NCBI GenBank assembly: GCA_947258425.1
Contig: CAMYIG010000002.1
Location: forward strand, 3,154-64,924
Source of the DNA: an uncultured Gammaproteobacteria bacterium
GTDB lineage: Bacteria; Pseudomonadota; Gammaproteobacteria; SZUA-140
Direction: 5' to 3'
DNA length: 61,771 bases
Below, one piece after another: positions 10,252-22,411 of the stretch (its first letter is position 1; every line of letters starts with the position of its first letter). The notes beneath the pieces were generated by a model that saw only the letters and a list, made by a program, of their open reading frames with translations, was not told where the DNA came from and made no database searches. The position numbers and the translations under genes are program-made.

Positions 10252-10752
10252 TTAGCTCTTAGGCCTGGATTTTTGCACGGCGGCAAAAGATATCCTGGTG
10301 TAGTCAGCTTCACGGCATGTGCTTAGTATTTTACTGAGCACTTCGTAGGGTGTTTTTTGGTCCCCTATGATCGTGACATTACGCGCCTTCTTTTCGACCT
10401 TCGAAAACTGCGATTTACCTGCTTCAAAATTCAACTCCTCCATTAACCCAGGAATCATGGAATCCTCACTCAATGCGACTTCACTAATTGAGGCCACTTT
10501 ACGCCCTTGTACTAAAATATCTCGCCCTGTGATGGTGATAACTAGCGTCTCTTTAGGCGCTACTGCTGAAATTGAGGTGGGCAACTTAACCTCTTTACTA
10601 CTATGCAACTGCTGTACATTGGATGAACTCACTAATAGAAAAAATACCAGTATCGTAAAGATATCCATCAACGAAACAAGATTCAAACCAGGCTGTTTTT
10701 TGCGCTTGTGATGACGATCCATTCGTCTACTACGGCGTGATACTTCTTTCAT
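10252..10752 (-). CDS. exbD: ExbD/TolR family biopolymer transport protein (second copy)
   Basis: 166 aa with a basic N-terminus and a single TM helix (LNLVSLMDIFTILVFFLLV), typical of ExbD/TolR. It overlaps the upstream exbD by 4 nt. Confidence 0.85.
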   Translation of the reverse strand: MKEVSRRSRRMDRHHKRKKQPGLNLVSLMDIFTILVFFLLVSSSNVQQLHSSKEVKLPTSISAVAPKETLVITITGRDILVQGRKVASISEVALSEDSMIPGLMEELNFEAGKSQFSKVEKKARNVTIIGDQKTPYEVLSKILSTCREADYTRISFAAVQKSRPKS

Positions 10753-11267
10753 TGACTAGCCCCCACATCGATACCAGGTGTTGCCACAGCATCACCAATC
10801 GCGATATTGGGGAATAGTTCAACCGTATCAAGTGTAGCCACATTAACAACATCAGCACTTCTGACACGATCCATCACCTGAACCAGCGTCTGATACTCAA
10901 TATTAGGTTCAAGTAGTAATGTAATGTTCTGCTCTTCAGGAAAACGACTCTTAATTTCAACCAGTAATTCACTGAACGCGTTCCAGTCTGTATCGTCTTC
11001 ACTGCGCTCAAAACGCTTAATCACGCCCAGGCGACGATCCTGCACATCAAAACTCTGCTGACGAATCACCAGCTCAAGTTCAAGCTTAACCTTCTCCTCT
11101 TTCTGGGTCTGGGCATTTTTTGATGGAAGGTTAAGTTCTATGACTGTCATCCGCGAAAATACTGCGGTGACCAACAAAAACGGCACCAGAATCACCATCA
11201 AATTCATGAATGCGGTGATGTTAAGTTCTGCGGCTTCTTTGGTATGGTGTCTACGTCTTGTACGCAT
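10749..11267 (-). CDS. exbD: ExbD/TolR family biopolymer transport protein (first copy)
   Basis: 172 aa with the ExbD-like N-terminus ELNITAFMNLMVILVPFLLV. Confidence 0.85.
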   Translation of the reverse strand: MRTRRRHHTKEAAELNITAFMNLMVILVPFLLVTAVFSRMTVIELNLPSKNAQTQKEEKVKLELELVIRQQSFDVQDRRLGVIKRFERSEDDTDWNAFSELLVEIKSRFPEEQNITLLLEPNIEYQTLVQVMDRVRSADVVNVATLDTVELFPNIAIGDAVATPGIDVGASQ

Positions 11268-11372
11268 ATTGATTCCACATCTCTGTTCCGATTCTATCTC
11301 GGCTTTCTATTCAGTCCTGTCTTTCATTTTGCTGCTAACAAGGCTGTCTGCTTGTCACGGTTTCGCTATCTA

Positions 11373-11999
11373 TCAATTATGATCCTGCTCACTCACAATA
11401 TTCAGACACTTGACCGCCACCATCTCCAGCTCATCAACGAGATGCGCTGTTTTCGTCGCTAGAAAAGAGTGTAAAAACAACATGGGAATCGCTGCCATTA
11501 AACCAAATGCGGTGGTATTCATCGCCACTGAAATACTCGCAGAAAGTAGATCTGCCTTTTCGGCTGGGTCGGCTGCCGCAACCGCAGTGAAAGCCTCGAT
11601 TAATCCAATAATAGTGCCCAACAGTCCGAGCAAAGTGGCAATATTTGCGTAGGTTGCCAGATAGTGGGTACGCTGCTCTAGCTGCGGAATGACTTCCATC
11701 ATGCCTTCTTCCATGGCCGTTTCAAGATCACTACGGCGGCGCGTGTGTCCCAGCCGAGAAAAACCATAACTTAACATATGCGCCATGGGTGTTTTGTTTT
11801 GTGAGGTGATTTTTACCGCCTGGTCTAAATCATTCTTTTTCAATAACGGCACAAGGTCAGACCAGATCTTATTTGAATTTCGCTGAGTCGAACTAAGATA
11901 AAGGTAACGTTCCAGTGCGATCGCCATACCCAACGCCAGCACGGCGAGGATAGGATACATAAACGGCCCACCTGTCTGAAAGAAACTTACGACCTCCAT
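11373..11999 (-). CDS. exbB: MotA/TolQ/ExbB proton-channel protein
   Basis: 208 aa with three TM segments. The conserved C-terminal region reads ATLLGLLGTIIGLIEAF...AMNTTAFGL. Confidence 0.9.
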   Translation of the reverse strand: MEVVSFFQTGGPFMYPILAVLALGMAIALERYLYLSSTQRNSNKIWSDLVPLLKKNDLDQAVKITSQNKTPMAHMLSYGFSRLGHTRRRSDLETAMEEGMMEVIPQLEQRTHYLATYANIATLLGLLGTIIGLIEAFTAVAAADPAEKADLLSASISVAMNTTAFGLMAAIPMLFLHSFLATKTAHLVDELEMVAVKCLNIVSEQDHN

Positions 12000-12319
12000 G
12001 ACTCACTCCTTAATAAAATATGCATAACTGTCCTGAAAATTTACCGGGTAACAATACCCATGTATTGGTGACTCCACATCATTCAAACCAGTGCTCCGAG
12101 ATGAGAGCTTGTGATACTAAAACCTCACGTTGGCTGAACATAGTCTAATCTGAAACGCTTAATCAAGAAGTAGTCACGTCGGCTTACTCCCCATCAATTA
12201 AGGTTCTAACGCTCTCATACCTAAATGTCATAATCTATTTTTTATATCGACCATTCACATAGCTCCTGCAATAAAATGCAAAAATAACAATAATTGCTGT
12301 TCTATGAACAAAATACACT

Positions 12320-12643
12320 CTATTGAGGTACTGCGCCTTCTTTATCAATTTCAGGCATTACCGGTTTGATCCGTCTCTCTAACAAGCTATGAAGAATAAT
12401 ATCCTGCTCTTGAACACGATGCTTTGTTACAACTTCCTGCCACGGTACGATATAAAGAATCTGGGGTAATTCTTTGTTACCCCTGATCTGAATCCCATCA
12501 AGATTGATGACATCATTATCCTCAATCACAGCTGTAATCTCTGCTTTACTGAGTGATGATTTTGACTCTTCTGCATTAAGCGGAAAAATCATCAGTGCCA
12601 ATAAAATCATAAACACCCAACGAATATGCTCATTAACTATCAT
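12320..12643 (-). CDS. Small secreted hypothetical protein (107 aa)
   Basis: Has a signal peptide (WVFMILLALMIFPLNAEE). Its ATGA start overlaps the stop of the upstream TPR gene. I recognise no homology. Confidence 0.55.
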   Translation of the reverse strand: MIVNEHIRWVFMILLALMIFPLNAEESKSSLSKAEITAVIEDNDVINLDGIQIRGNKELPQILYIVPWQEVVTKHRVQEQDIILHSLLERRIKPVMPEIDKEGAVPQ

Positions 12644-13260
12644 TCACTCACCTCAGCCGAATTCAGTTGAGACTCAAGTTCACCAAGCCATGCCAATGTT
12701 GCCTTATCTTCATCAACAATCAGTTGAAGATAGCGCCGATAATGATGTACTGCCTTTTCAATATCCTGAAAATAGGTATCATATAATAACGCCAGATTAT
12801 AATGTGTATGCGCATGGTTCTGATCTTTCCCGAGCGCAGCAAGGTAATGCTTCAAAGCCAGAGGCACGTCACTCTTTTTATGAGCAATCAGCCCTAGTAA
12901 GTAATCAGCCACAGCACTCTGCGACTGTAATTCCAGCACTCTTTCAGCAGACTGCTGCGCACGATCCAACTCGCCACGGCGGAAACTAATCAGGCCTAGA
13001 TTCACCCACGGCAACGCAGACTGCGGGTTACGTTGAGCTATTCCGCGCAGCAATTCCTCGGCGACAGACGGTTTATCATTATTAAGCGCGTCAATCACCG
13101 CTGCCATATCCGGTTCAGCAATACCAACTGTAGAACTTTCTTGCGGCGCGCCCTTATCCATTGTATTTTGTGATGTGCCTGCACAGCCTGCCAATATCAG
13201 AACAAACATCACCAGTAGAGGTTTATTCCACATAGGCATCCACCTTAACTTCTCTTGCAT
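12640..13260 (-). CDS. TPR-repeat lipoprotein (about 200 aa)
   Basis: Signal peptide plus lipobox ILAGC, followed by about four TPR-like repeats. The start may be one of the internal Met codons (13239 or 13233). All candidate starts overlap the end of the 934-aa gene. Confidence 0.7.
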   Translation of the reverse strand: MQEKLRWMPMWNKPLLVMFVLILAGCAGTSQNTMDKGAPQESSTVGIAEPDMAAVIDALNNDKPSVAEELLRGIAQRNPQSALPWVNLGLISFRRGELDRAQQSAERVLELQSQSAVADYLLGLIAHKKSDVPLALKHYLAALGKDQNHAHTHYNLALLYDTYFQDIEKAVHHYRRYLQLIVDEDKATLAWLGELESQLNSAEVSE

Positions 13261-16027
13261 AACGTGCTGGAAATATTTTCTTTAGCCGCATAAAACTCTT
13301 TTTCGACCAGTCATTAAAGACCCCTTGATTAATATGTGCCAGGTTCGACTCATATATTTCAATCGCCTTCTCTTCAACCGGAAAGGCAAGATCCTCAAGC
13401 CCAATATCATACTGTTCCATCTCATCTTCATTAAGCCCTACGGGGCGCGCTGAACTCAACACGTCCTGACTAAATCCATAGTACATTTCGGCTATTGAAA
13501 ATAACGATTCCGACATCACTTCTGGACTGTGGTACTCATAGGCAGAGGTAAATAGTTTACGCGCCCAGTCCATGGCATCTTTTTTCTTCTTCAGGTGAAC
13601 TTTAAGTGGCTGTCGGATTTTAAGTTGATCAAACGCTGCCTTTTTTTCACGTCCTAAACGAATCGTTGCCACTGCTGCAATATGATTGGTACGATCACTC
13701 TTCGCCGCAGCATTAATTTGGTGGTCTGCTTTACGAATCTTACTTGCCCAAATATCACCGCGACGACTATCCCCCATTGCATCACTCATGAGCGTAAGTT
13801 TGTTTAAAGCCTCCATATATTGCGGAAATGGTTCCTGATGGTTTTCAACATAATGCTGATAAATTCTAAGCGCGGCAGGCATGTCACTCAAAGATTCATA
13901 CAATTCTGCCGCTTGCCACAACGCAGACATCTTCACTTCATTATCCTTCTCAATATCGTAAACTTCTTCGAGTAACTGCGCGGCATTAGCATGCTGTCTG
14001 GCATTGATATAGGCTACTGATAATATTTTAGTAACATCATCTCGGAGCTCATGCTTAGAATATTGACTACGAAAACGGCCACCGTACTTAATCACCTCTA
14101 GCCACGACTCACTCGACATTGCCAGTGTAATTGCATCATAAAGCCCTTTGGGAGCAATCTCAGACTTCCCAGCAAGTGCAGCAATACGCTCGAATTTTTT
14201 TTGAGCAGCGACATCATTACCTGCTGCTCGCTCAATTTCAGCTTGCTTATAAAGGGCTAATGCCAAGCGGTCTTCCAGTTTTTTCTTTCTTGGATCTCCG
14301 TCGATTAACGACCGGCTCAAATAGAGAAACATCACTTCAGCCTTAGCAAACTTTGACAGGTTAAAATAGGACTCTGCTTTGATCTGTCCAACGTCAAAAC
14401 GAAGATCTCTGCTGTCAACATTATCAAGTAAACTGGCAATATTAATTGCTTGTAAATATTGCTCGCCAGTAAATGCCATCTCTGCGGCACGCAAGATGAT
14501 CCTTGCAGAACGCATATCATTCGGATAAGTCCGCCTAAAGAGCAACGCATATTTAATGTATCGAGAGCCCCACGATGCTTTATTTTTTTCGTCTCTCGAA
14601 TACAGGCGATCAGACAACACTATTGTGGCGTATGCAGCACGTTGATCAACAATATCGCCAAGACTATAGGCAACAAGCTCATAATAACCAATCGCCTTAT
14701 CATAACGCTCTTCCTCAGCCAGCAAATCTGCATAGGCATAATATACCCTGTCTTCCATTGCGTTTTCAGTATAGTGAGCCAGGTAACGTTCATACCACTG
14801 GCTCGCCAACTCAAATGACTTATCCGTAGAAGTAGACTGGTACTGATTATGGTAATAACTAGCGATTGAAAGTATATTGTTACGCAGCAAAGGTTTGATT
14901 TCATTCAATACAGAATGCGGCTTTCCTTTCCAATAGCGAGCAGTGGGATGATAGCGCTGGTAAAAGCTATCTGCTGCCGCATAAAAGTTATCAAAAAATC
15001 CACTACGCTCCCACGTAGTCACTACACGAAACTCCATCTGCGGTAGATAACGCGAGTCAGGGTGGCGAGTGACAAACTGCTTCAATACAGCCACTACGTC
15101 TGTATAACGCTTCTGTCCTAAATAAATATCCGCGAGTCCAGCATAGATATGATAAGCAAAGAGTGATGTTCGTGTATTTCGAAAATAACCTGCCACCGCT
15201 TGATGATCTTCGAGGTATGAAAAATTAAGCGCCATCGCATAGAAATACGCCCTAAAATGCGCGTCTTTTTCCATCTTCCCGCCACGCTCACTATAACGAT
15301 ATGCAGCCGCCACCATCAAATCATCTACTGCTGCCTGATACGCCTGTAATTTAAATTTAGCCCATCCTCGCTTAAAATAAGCCTTTTCAAAAAACACTAA
15401 ATTATCTGGCATATCAATCACGGCACTATAACGTTTTGCCGCATCTTCATAGTCGCCGACTACAAAAGAATCCTCTGCTATTCGAAACTGCGCCTCTAAA
15501 TGAAAACGTGAGCCAGGGTAATTTTGGATTATCTGGTTAAGCGCATCTATCGATTTTTCATGCCGACCGAGTTGACTTGATATCATCGCCACACGATACA
15601 ACACTTCATCATTACTACTGCTATCTGGGTGGTCATGGAGTGACATCTCCAGTAACTGCAAAGTACGCTCTAACCGAGTTCCTTTTAGCTTTTCTCTTTT
15701 CACTTCTATCTGTTCTTCGTTCAGCGGATCGGCGTTAACAGTCGCTTTTTCAAGTTCAGCTTCCAGTTCCAGATCGGCAAGACGACTAATCGCTAGCGAG
15801 CGAAAATAATCACCTTGTTCAACTTGCTGTACATAGGAGGTATAAGCCTGGTAAATGTCGATCGGACCTTGAGCCTCTGTAGCCTCACTCGTTGACACCG
15901 GCAGCTGTTTGACTTTACTTTGCCGCTCGATATCCGACACTGTCAGTTCACGCTGTTTGAAACTACACCCAAAGAGTAAAGCTAAGCACAGGGACAACAT
16001 GATGATTTTTGTGGTATCAATCATCAC
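13223..16027 (-). CDS. Large TPR-repeat lipoprotein (934 aa)
   Basis: Signal peptide plus lipobox LLFGC, then helical repeats of TPR type along the whole length. It overlaps the upstream gene by 11 nt. Confidence 0.75.
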   Translation of the reverse strand: MMIDTTKIIMLSLCLALLFGCSFKQRELTVSDIERQSKVKQLPVSTSEATEAQGPIDIYQAYTSYVQQVEQGDYFRSLAISRLADLELEAELEKATVNADPLNEEQIEVKREKLKGTRLERTLQLLEMSLHDHPDSSSNDEVLYRVAMISSQLGRHEKSIDALNQIIQNYPGSRFHLEAQFRIAEDSFVVGDYEDAAKRYSAVIDMPDNLVFFEKAYFKRGWAKFKLQAYQAAVDDLMVAAAYRYSERGGKMEKDAHFRAYFYAMALNFSYLEDHQAVAGYFRNTRTSLFAYHIYAGLADIYLGQKRYTDVVAVLKQFVTRHPDSRYLPQMEFRVVTTWERSGFFDNFYAAADSFYQRYHPTARYWKGKPHSVLNEIKPLLRNNILSIASYYHNQYQSTSTDKSFELASQWYERYLAHYTENAMEDRVYYAYADLLAEEERYDKAIGYYELVAYSLGDIVDQRAAYATIVLSDRLYSRDEKNKASWGSRYIKYALLFRRTYPNDMRSARIILRAAEMAFTGEQYLQAINIASLLDNVDSRDLRFDVGQIKAESYFNLSKFAKAEVMFLYLSRSLIDGDPRKKKLEDRLALALYKQAEIERAAGNDVAAQKKFERIAALAGKSEIAPKGLYDAITLAMSSESWLEVIKYGGRFRSQYSKHELRDDVTKILSVAYINARQHANAAQLLEEVYDIEKDNEVKMSALWQAAELYESLSDMPAALRIYQHYVENHQEPFPQYMEALNKLTLMSDAMGDSRRGDIWASKIRKADHQINAAAKSDRTNHIAAVATIRLGREKKAAFDQLKIRQPLKVHLKKKKDAMDWARKLFTSAYEYHSPEVMSESLFSIAEMYYGFSQDVLSSARPVGLNEDEMEQYDIGLEDLAFPVEEKAIEIYESNLAHINQGVFNDWSKKSFMRLKKIFPARYAREVKVDAYVE

Positions 16028-17441
16028 GCTTTACGTCCGTATCATGCATCTGTACCAAACCAAAACGTGCTTGACTCAGGTAGCTTTGCAGGTGCTCCCG
16101 TCGCGCTAGCATATAGGCCTTCACCATCGCTTCTACGATGACGGTATAGTCCGCATAAAGCGTTCGGATTCGCTGATGAAAATCACGATCCTTTGCAAAA
16201 TGATCGCTGCGAACAAGAAAAACACCCAGGTTCTTCATATTATCAAATAGCGAACGTGTCTCTGGAAATTCACGGATCAAATTGATATCACTGGCAAGAC
16301 CAAAAATTGATTCGCTCTTAAGATCCTTATTAAGAAAATTATCGACATTTTTAATCCGATCAACATAATAATCCATCGCCTCACTATAGGCTGTCGATGC
16401 AGCCTGAAGACGCCGACTCTTCGCCAAAATATATGCTGATAATAAATAAGACTCATCCACCGCCAGATCAGTCGATTGCTTCGATCGCAATATTGATGCG
16501 TAGTTAAGCGCTCGAGCATATGACGTCTGCTTGGTCGCTGCATAAGCAACCCCTAATAACGCACGAGTAAAATAACGGCTCTTTACTGATATCCGTCCAA
16601 ATGCATCTCGTGCAGCAGGGTATTCTTCATGTTCCAGAAAGTAATAACCCGCCATCAATGTTAGATAGTCTCGTATCTCATTGGGCATCAGCAACGCTTC
16701 ATTCGCCACGTGGGCCTGCAATTGTGTGGCTTGCGCTAAGTCACCGCCCCGGTTCAACTGCGATATCATCCCGTTCAACGTTGCGTATAGCTGATACTCT
16801 GATGCGGGGGTAATTAACTGATAGTGCTCAATTGCTGCGGCATAATCCCCTTCTTGCTGTAACGAAATACCATACATAAGATTATAAAAATCCATATGGG
16901 CAGCTGAGATTTTTTTCTTCGAAATTTGCTGAAGCGCTATAAGACAAAGTTTCCATTCGTTACGTCGAAAATGGAACCTTGCAAACATATAAGCCGTATT
17001 AGTGGCCTGAAACTCTAATCCTGTTTTTTTTACATGCTGATAAAGTTCATTCGCCATCTGCCACTCATTATGATCCAGCATCAACTGGATAAAACTCATA
17101 ATGGCACCTCGCCTAACTTTCTTCAGTACCAGTTCTTTGTTTTGAACAATTTCTGCAATTGCCCTGATCGGTTCATCATTCTCAAGGAATTTACGCACCT
17201 TGATTTCGAACTGTATCGGGCCACCCAACGTCTCAAGGCGCATCGGGCCGCTAACGGTCCCCATGCTGCTTCCTTCTGGGCCGATATAATTTTGATAAAG
17301 TTCAGATGAGAGCGCACGATAACGCTGATCAAGTTGCTTGAGCTCCTCGGCGAGAGGCGGCGATATCTCGGCGCGCGACCACGTTGCAGGCAATAGACAT
17401 ACCAGCAAGAGACAAGTTGTACTCGCTATTTTCGTAATCAT
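16017..17441 (-). CDS. Secreted all-helical (TPR-like) hypothetical protein (474 aa), first gene of the island-1 operon
   Basis: Has a signal peptide (LLLVCLLPATWSRAE). It is a long ORF in an AT-rich region, where random ORFs of this size are unlikely. Confidence 0.65.
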   Translation of the reverse strand: MITKIASTTCLLLVCLLPATWSRAEISPPLAEELKQLDQRYRALSSELYQNYIGPEGSSMGTVSGPMRLETLGGPIQFEIKVRKFLENDEPIRAIAEIVQNKELVLKKVRRGAIMSFIQLMLDHNEWQMANELYQHVKKTGLEFQATNTAYMFARFHFRRNEWKLCLIALQQISKKKISAAHMDFYNLMYGISLQQEGDYAAAIEHYQLITPASEYQLYATLNGMISQLNRGGDLAQATQLQAHVANEALLMPNEIRDYLTLMAGYYFLEHEEYPAARDAFGRISVKSRYFTRALLGVAYAATKQTSYARALNYASILRSKQSTDLAVDESYLLSAYILAKSRRLQAASTAYSEAMDYYVDRIKNVDNFLNKDLKSESIFGLASDINLIREFPETRSLFDNMKNLGVFLVRSDHFAKDRDFHQRIRTLYADYTVIVEAMVKAYMLARREHLQSYLSQARFGLVQMHDTDVKRDD

Positions 17442-17738
17442 TAAATTATCGTAACCATTTCAAGCACACATAGTGCTGAAATATAATTCTCCAGGTAATC
17501 TTTATTCTGGAAGGCGGGCTAGTATTTAATCTAAATAATGAATCCGCTTACCAGTGAGGGATGCCCTCATAAAGCAATTAATGACAGCACTCCACAAAAA
17601 CTTTAACGGCAAACAGTACAAAATAATAAGCGCTTAAACCGAGACAAATATCGCAAAACAGCCCTCCCGGATGGTAAATCCAGTAAACACACGTTGACTT
17701 GCCCAGTGAAATGGCAGCTCACAACCTAAAAAACCGGC

Positions 17739-19172
17739 TTACGCCAGCTTCTGTTTCAACAGTTGATTGACCTGTGCCGGATTGGCCTTACCCTGAGTCT
17801 CCTTCATCACCTGACCCACAAAAAAACCAAATAATTTATCTTTACCCGCGCGGTACTGATCAAGTTGCTGTGGGTTATTGGCAATAATTTCGTCGATAAT
17901 TTTCTCGATCGCGCCGCCATCGGTGACCTGTTTAAGCCCTTTCTGTTCAATAACGGTGTCCGCATCACCCTCACCATTCCACATGCACTCAAACACCTGT
18001 TTTGCGATCTTTCCGGAAATGGTGTTGTCATTGATGCGCTGTAACATCCCACCCAGTAAAGCGGCAGAAACAGGGCTCTCGCCAATTTCTTTACCCGCTT
18101 TATTCAAAGCGCCCAGCAAATCTCCCATCACCCAGTTCGCGGTGCGCTTGGCATCATCACCCGCAATCCTGGCAGCCACCTCAAAGTAATCAGCCAGTTC
18201 ACGGCTCGCCGTCAATACACCTGCCTCATACTCGGCCAGACCAAGTTCACTGATAAAACGCGCCTTCTTTTCATCCGGCAGCTCTGGCAACGTCTTGCGT
18301 ACTGCCTCAATATAGGCCTCATCGAGTTCCAGCGGCAATAGATCCGGATCAGGGAAATAGCGGTAATCAAACGCCTCTTCCTTGGAGCGCATTGAGCGCG
18401 TCTCATCCTTGTCGGAATCATAGAGGCGCGTCTCCTGCACCACCTTGCCACCCCCTTCAATCACATCGATCTGACGCTCGACCTCAATGTTGATCGCGCG
18501 CTCCACAAAGCGGAACGAGTTGAGGTTTTTCAGCTCGGAGCGCGTGCCCAGCGCCTCATGACCCTTGGGGCGGATCGAGACATTCGCATCACAGCGGAAT
18601 GAGCCCTCCTGCATATTGCCGTCGCAGATCTCGAGATACTGCACCAGTGAGTGGATCTTTTTCATGTACGCGACCGCCTCTTTGGCGCTGCGCATGTCGG
18701 GTTCGGAAACAATCTCAAGCAACGGCGTGCCGGCGCGATTGAGATCAATGCCCGTCGAACCGTGGAAATCTTCGTGCAGTGATTTGCCCGCATCTTCTTC
18801 CAGATGGGCGCGCGTGATGCCGATCACTCGCGCAGTCTCACCCTCAACCTGAATCTCCAGCTGTCCCCCTTCAACCACCGGCAGTTCAAACTGGCTGATC
18901 TGATACCCTTTAGGCAGATCGGGATAGAAGTAGTTTTTACGTGCAAACACCGAATGCGGTGAAACGCGCGCGCCCACCGCCAGACCAAACTTGGCGGCCA
19001 TACGCACGGCTTCCTTATTTAATACGGGCAACACACCCGGCAGACCGAGATCAACCGCGCACGCCTGCGTATTCGGCGGTGCGCCATAGGCGGTCGAAGC
19101 CCCGGAAAATATTTTACTTTTAGTGGCCAGCTGAGCGTGAATTTCCAGCCCGATGACAATTTCCCATTCCAT
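17739..19172 (-). CDS. gatB: Asp/Glu-tRNA amidotransferase subunit B
   Basis: 477 aa starting [15 protein letters not shown]. It sits in gatC-gatA-gatB order. Confidence 0.97.
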   Translation of the reverse strand: MEWEIVIGLEIHAQLATKSKIFSGASTAYGAPPNTQACAVDLGLPGVLPVLNKEAVRMAAKFGLAVGARVSPHSVFARKNYFYPDLPKGYQISQFELPVVEGGQLEIQVEGETARVIGITRAHLEEDAGKSLHEDFHGSTGIDLNRAGTPLLEIVSEPDMRSAKEAVAYMKKIHSLVQYLEICDGNMQEGSFRCDANVSIRPKGHEALGTRSELKNLNSFRFVERAINIEVERQIDVIEGGGKVVQETRLYDSDKDETRSMRSKEEAFDYRYFPDPDLLPLELDEAYIEAVRKTLPELPDEKKARFISELGLAEYEAGVLTASRELADYFEVAARIAGDDAKRTANWVMGDLLGALNKAGKEIGESPVSAALLGGMLQRINDNTISGKIAKQVFECMWNGEGDADTVIEQKGLKQVTDGGAIEKIIDEIIANNPQQLDQYRAGKDKLFGFFVGQVMKETQGKANPAQVNQLLKQKLA

Positions 19173-19184
19173 CTTAATCGCCCC

Positions 19185-20648
19185 TCACTTAAATGCTGTT
19201 GGCACTTGCAAGTGCCAGTCGGTCGCCTGCTGATACTTGTGGGCCACATTGAGCAGACGCGACTCATCAAAATAGTTACCAATCAGCTGTAGCCCCACCG
19301 GCAGGCCATCCGCAAAACCCGCTGGAATCGAGGCCGCTGGCAATCCTGCCATATTGACCGCAATGGTATATATATCAGATAGATACATCGTAACCGGGTC
19401 ATCCGCTTTCTCGCCTAGCTTGAAAGCAGTGGTGGGCGCGGTCGGCCCCATGATCACATCGACCGTTTCAAAAGCAGTCCGAAAATCATCACTAATCAGA
19501 CGGCGGATCTTCTGTGCCTTCAGATAATAAGCATCGTAATAACCCGCCGAAAGCACATAAGTGCCGATCATGATGCGGCGCTTCACCTCCGCACCAAAGC
19601 CCTCGCCACGTGAGCGGGTGTAGAGATCAAACAGATCCTGCGGATCATCACAGCGATGGCCAAAACGAACGCCATCGAAACGGGAAAGATTGGTCGAACA
19701 CTCAGCAGGCGCTACAACATAATAAGTCGGCACCGCCAATGCGGTATTGGATAGGCTAATCTCTTTCACGACTGCACCCAGCGCCTCGTACTCCTTGACT
19801 GCTGCATCGATCACACGCGCGACGCGATCATCCAGCCCGCCATCAAAATACTCTTTTGGCAGGCCGATCTTCAGCCCCTCAATGCTATTGTCGAGATTGG
19901 CGCTGTAATCGGGCACTTCACAATCGACGCTGGTCGAATCGCGCTCATCAAAGCCCGCCATCACATTCATCAGCAGTGCCGCATCTTCGGCGCTATAAGT
20001 GATCGGCCCCGCCTGATCGAGACTGGACGCAAAGGCGATCATGCCGAAACGTGATACCCGCCCGTAAGTCGGTTTCAAGCCGGTTAGCCCACAAAGCGCG
20101 GCCGGTTGACGTATCGAGCCCCCGGTATCGGTGCCCGTTGCCGCCGGTGCCAGCCGCGCGGCCACTGCAGAAACTGAGCCTCCCGATGAGCCGCCGGGGA
20201 CCCGCTCGAGATCCCACGGGTTTTTCACCGCGCCGTAGTAACTGGTCTCGTTCGACGAGCCCATCGCAAACTCGTCCATATTGGTTTTACCCAGCATTAC
20301 TGCACCCGCTTCGATAAACTTTGCGGTACAGGTCGACTCATAGGGGGCAATAAAGTTATCCAGCATCTTTGACGCGCAGGTGGTCTTCACCCCCGCGGTA
20401 CAAAAAATGTCTTTATGGGCGATCGGCACGCCGGTCAGCGGCGCGCCATCGCCCGCTTTCAGTCGCCGATCTGCGGCCGCCGCCGCCGCCAGCGCCTGCG
20501 CCTCCGTCATCGTAATAAAGCAGTTCAGCGTGGGGTTGTGCGCTTTGATACGCTCGAGAAACAGCGTCGTCAGCTCGACACTGGAGACCTCCCCACGGTG
20601 CAGCGCAGCACTCAATTGAGCAATGGTTTTAGTATGCATGGCAGTCAT
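19185..20648 (-). CDS. gatA: Glu-tRNA(Gln) amidotransferase subunit A
   Basis: 487 aa with the amidase signature GGSSGGS. Confidence 0.97.
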   Translation of the reverse strand: MTAMHTKTIAQLSAALHRGEVSSVELTTLFLERIKAHNPTLNCFITMTEAQALAAAAAADRRLKAGDGAPLTGVPIAHKDIFCTAGVKTTCASKMLDNFIAPYESTCTAKFIEAGAVMLGKTNMDEFAMGSSNETSYYGAVKNPWDLERVPGGSSGGSVSAVAARLAPAATGTDTGGSIRQPAALCGLTGLKPTYGRVSRFGMIAFASSLDQAGPITYSAEDAALLMNVMAGFDERDSTSVDCEVPDYSANLDNSIEGLKIGLPKEYFDGGLDDRVARVIDAAVKEYEALGAVVKEISLSNTALAVPTYYVVAPAECSTNLSRFDGVRFGHRCDDPQDLFDLYTRSRGEGFGAEVKRRIMIGTYVLSAGYYDAYYLKAQKIRRLISDDFRTAFETVDVIMGPTAPTTAFKLGEKADDPVTMYLSDIYTIAVNMAGLPAASIPAGFADGLPVGLQLIGNYFDESRLLNVAHKYQQATDWHLQVPTAFK

Positions 20649-20701
20649 TAAAAAGCTATTGTTGGAATGGATTTAAAGGTTAACAGGCGCAATCAAAACG
20701 A

Positions 20702-20989
20702 TTACTCAATCACTTTCGGCACTAAATAGAGGCCCGACTCAACCTGCGGGGCTAACGCCTGAAAGCGCTCACGCTGATCCACTTCGGTCACCTCATCCGC
20801 ACGCAACCGTTGCGCGGCGTCCAGCGGGTGCGCCATCGGTGCCACATTATCGGTATCGACTTCGCTCATCTGCTCAACCAGACCGAGGATATTCGACAAA
20901 TTGTCCACATACTGGGGCACATCGGCCTCATCGATCTTGAGCCGCGCCAACAGCGCAACCTTGGTAATATCGGACTGATCCACTGACAT
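20702..20989 (-). CDS. gatC: Asp/Glu-tRNA amidotransferase subunit C
   Basis: 95 aa located upstream of gatA, with a typical GatC sequence. Confidence 0.93.
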   Translation of the reverse strand: MSVDQSDITKVALLARLKIDEADVPQYVDNLSNILGLVEQMSEVDTDNVAPMAHPLDAAQRLRADEVTEVDQRERFQALAPQVESGLYLVPKVIE

Positions 20990-21161
20990 AACTTACCCCA
21001 CTCACCCGAACTCTGTTTTCGAACAATATTGCAAAACGACAAGGGGATGGAATTTACCATATTCGAGCCGAATGCTGAAAAATATTCGCCCCACAATCGC
21101 TGTCAAATAGATAATACACAAGCAAAATTAAATTACTGGTAAGATCCGCCGAATAACTTAA

Positions 21162-22286
<1,125 letters not shown>

Positions 22287-22411
22287 CGGTCTCGCTATTC
22301 GTAAATAAACGCGATGAGTAGTACCCGAAAAAAGTAATCGCATGAGCGGGGCGGGGGTGCGATTGTTAACCACTATATTTAAGCCATTGAAGAGCGCCTG
22401 AGAGGTACCCC

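Noticed and set aside
12000-12319. 320-nt AT-rich spacer inside the island-1 operon (before exbB), and the 297-nt region 17442-17738, checked for ncRNA or repeat elements
   Set aside because: I could identify no convincing stem-loops, conserved RNA motifs or repeats by eye. They probably hold internal and primary promoters, but I cannot place -35/-10 elements with confidence.
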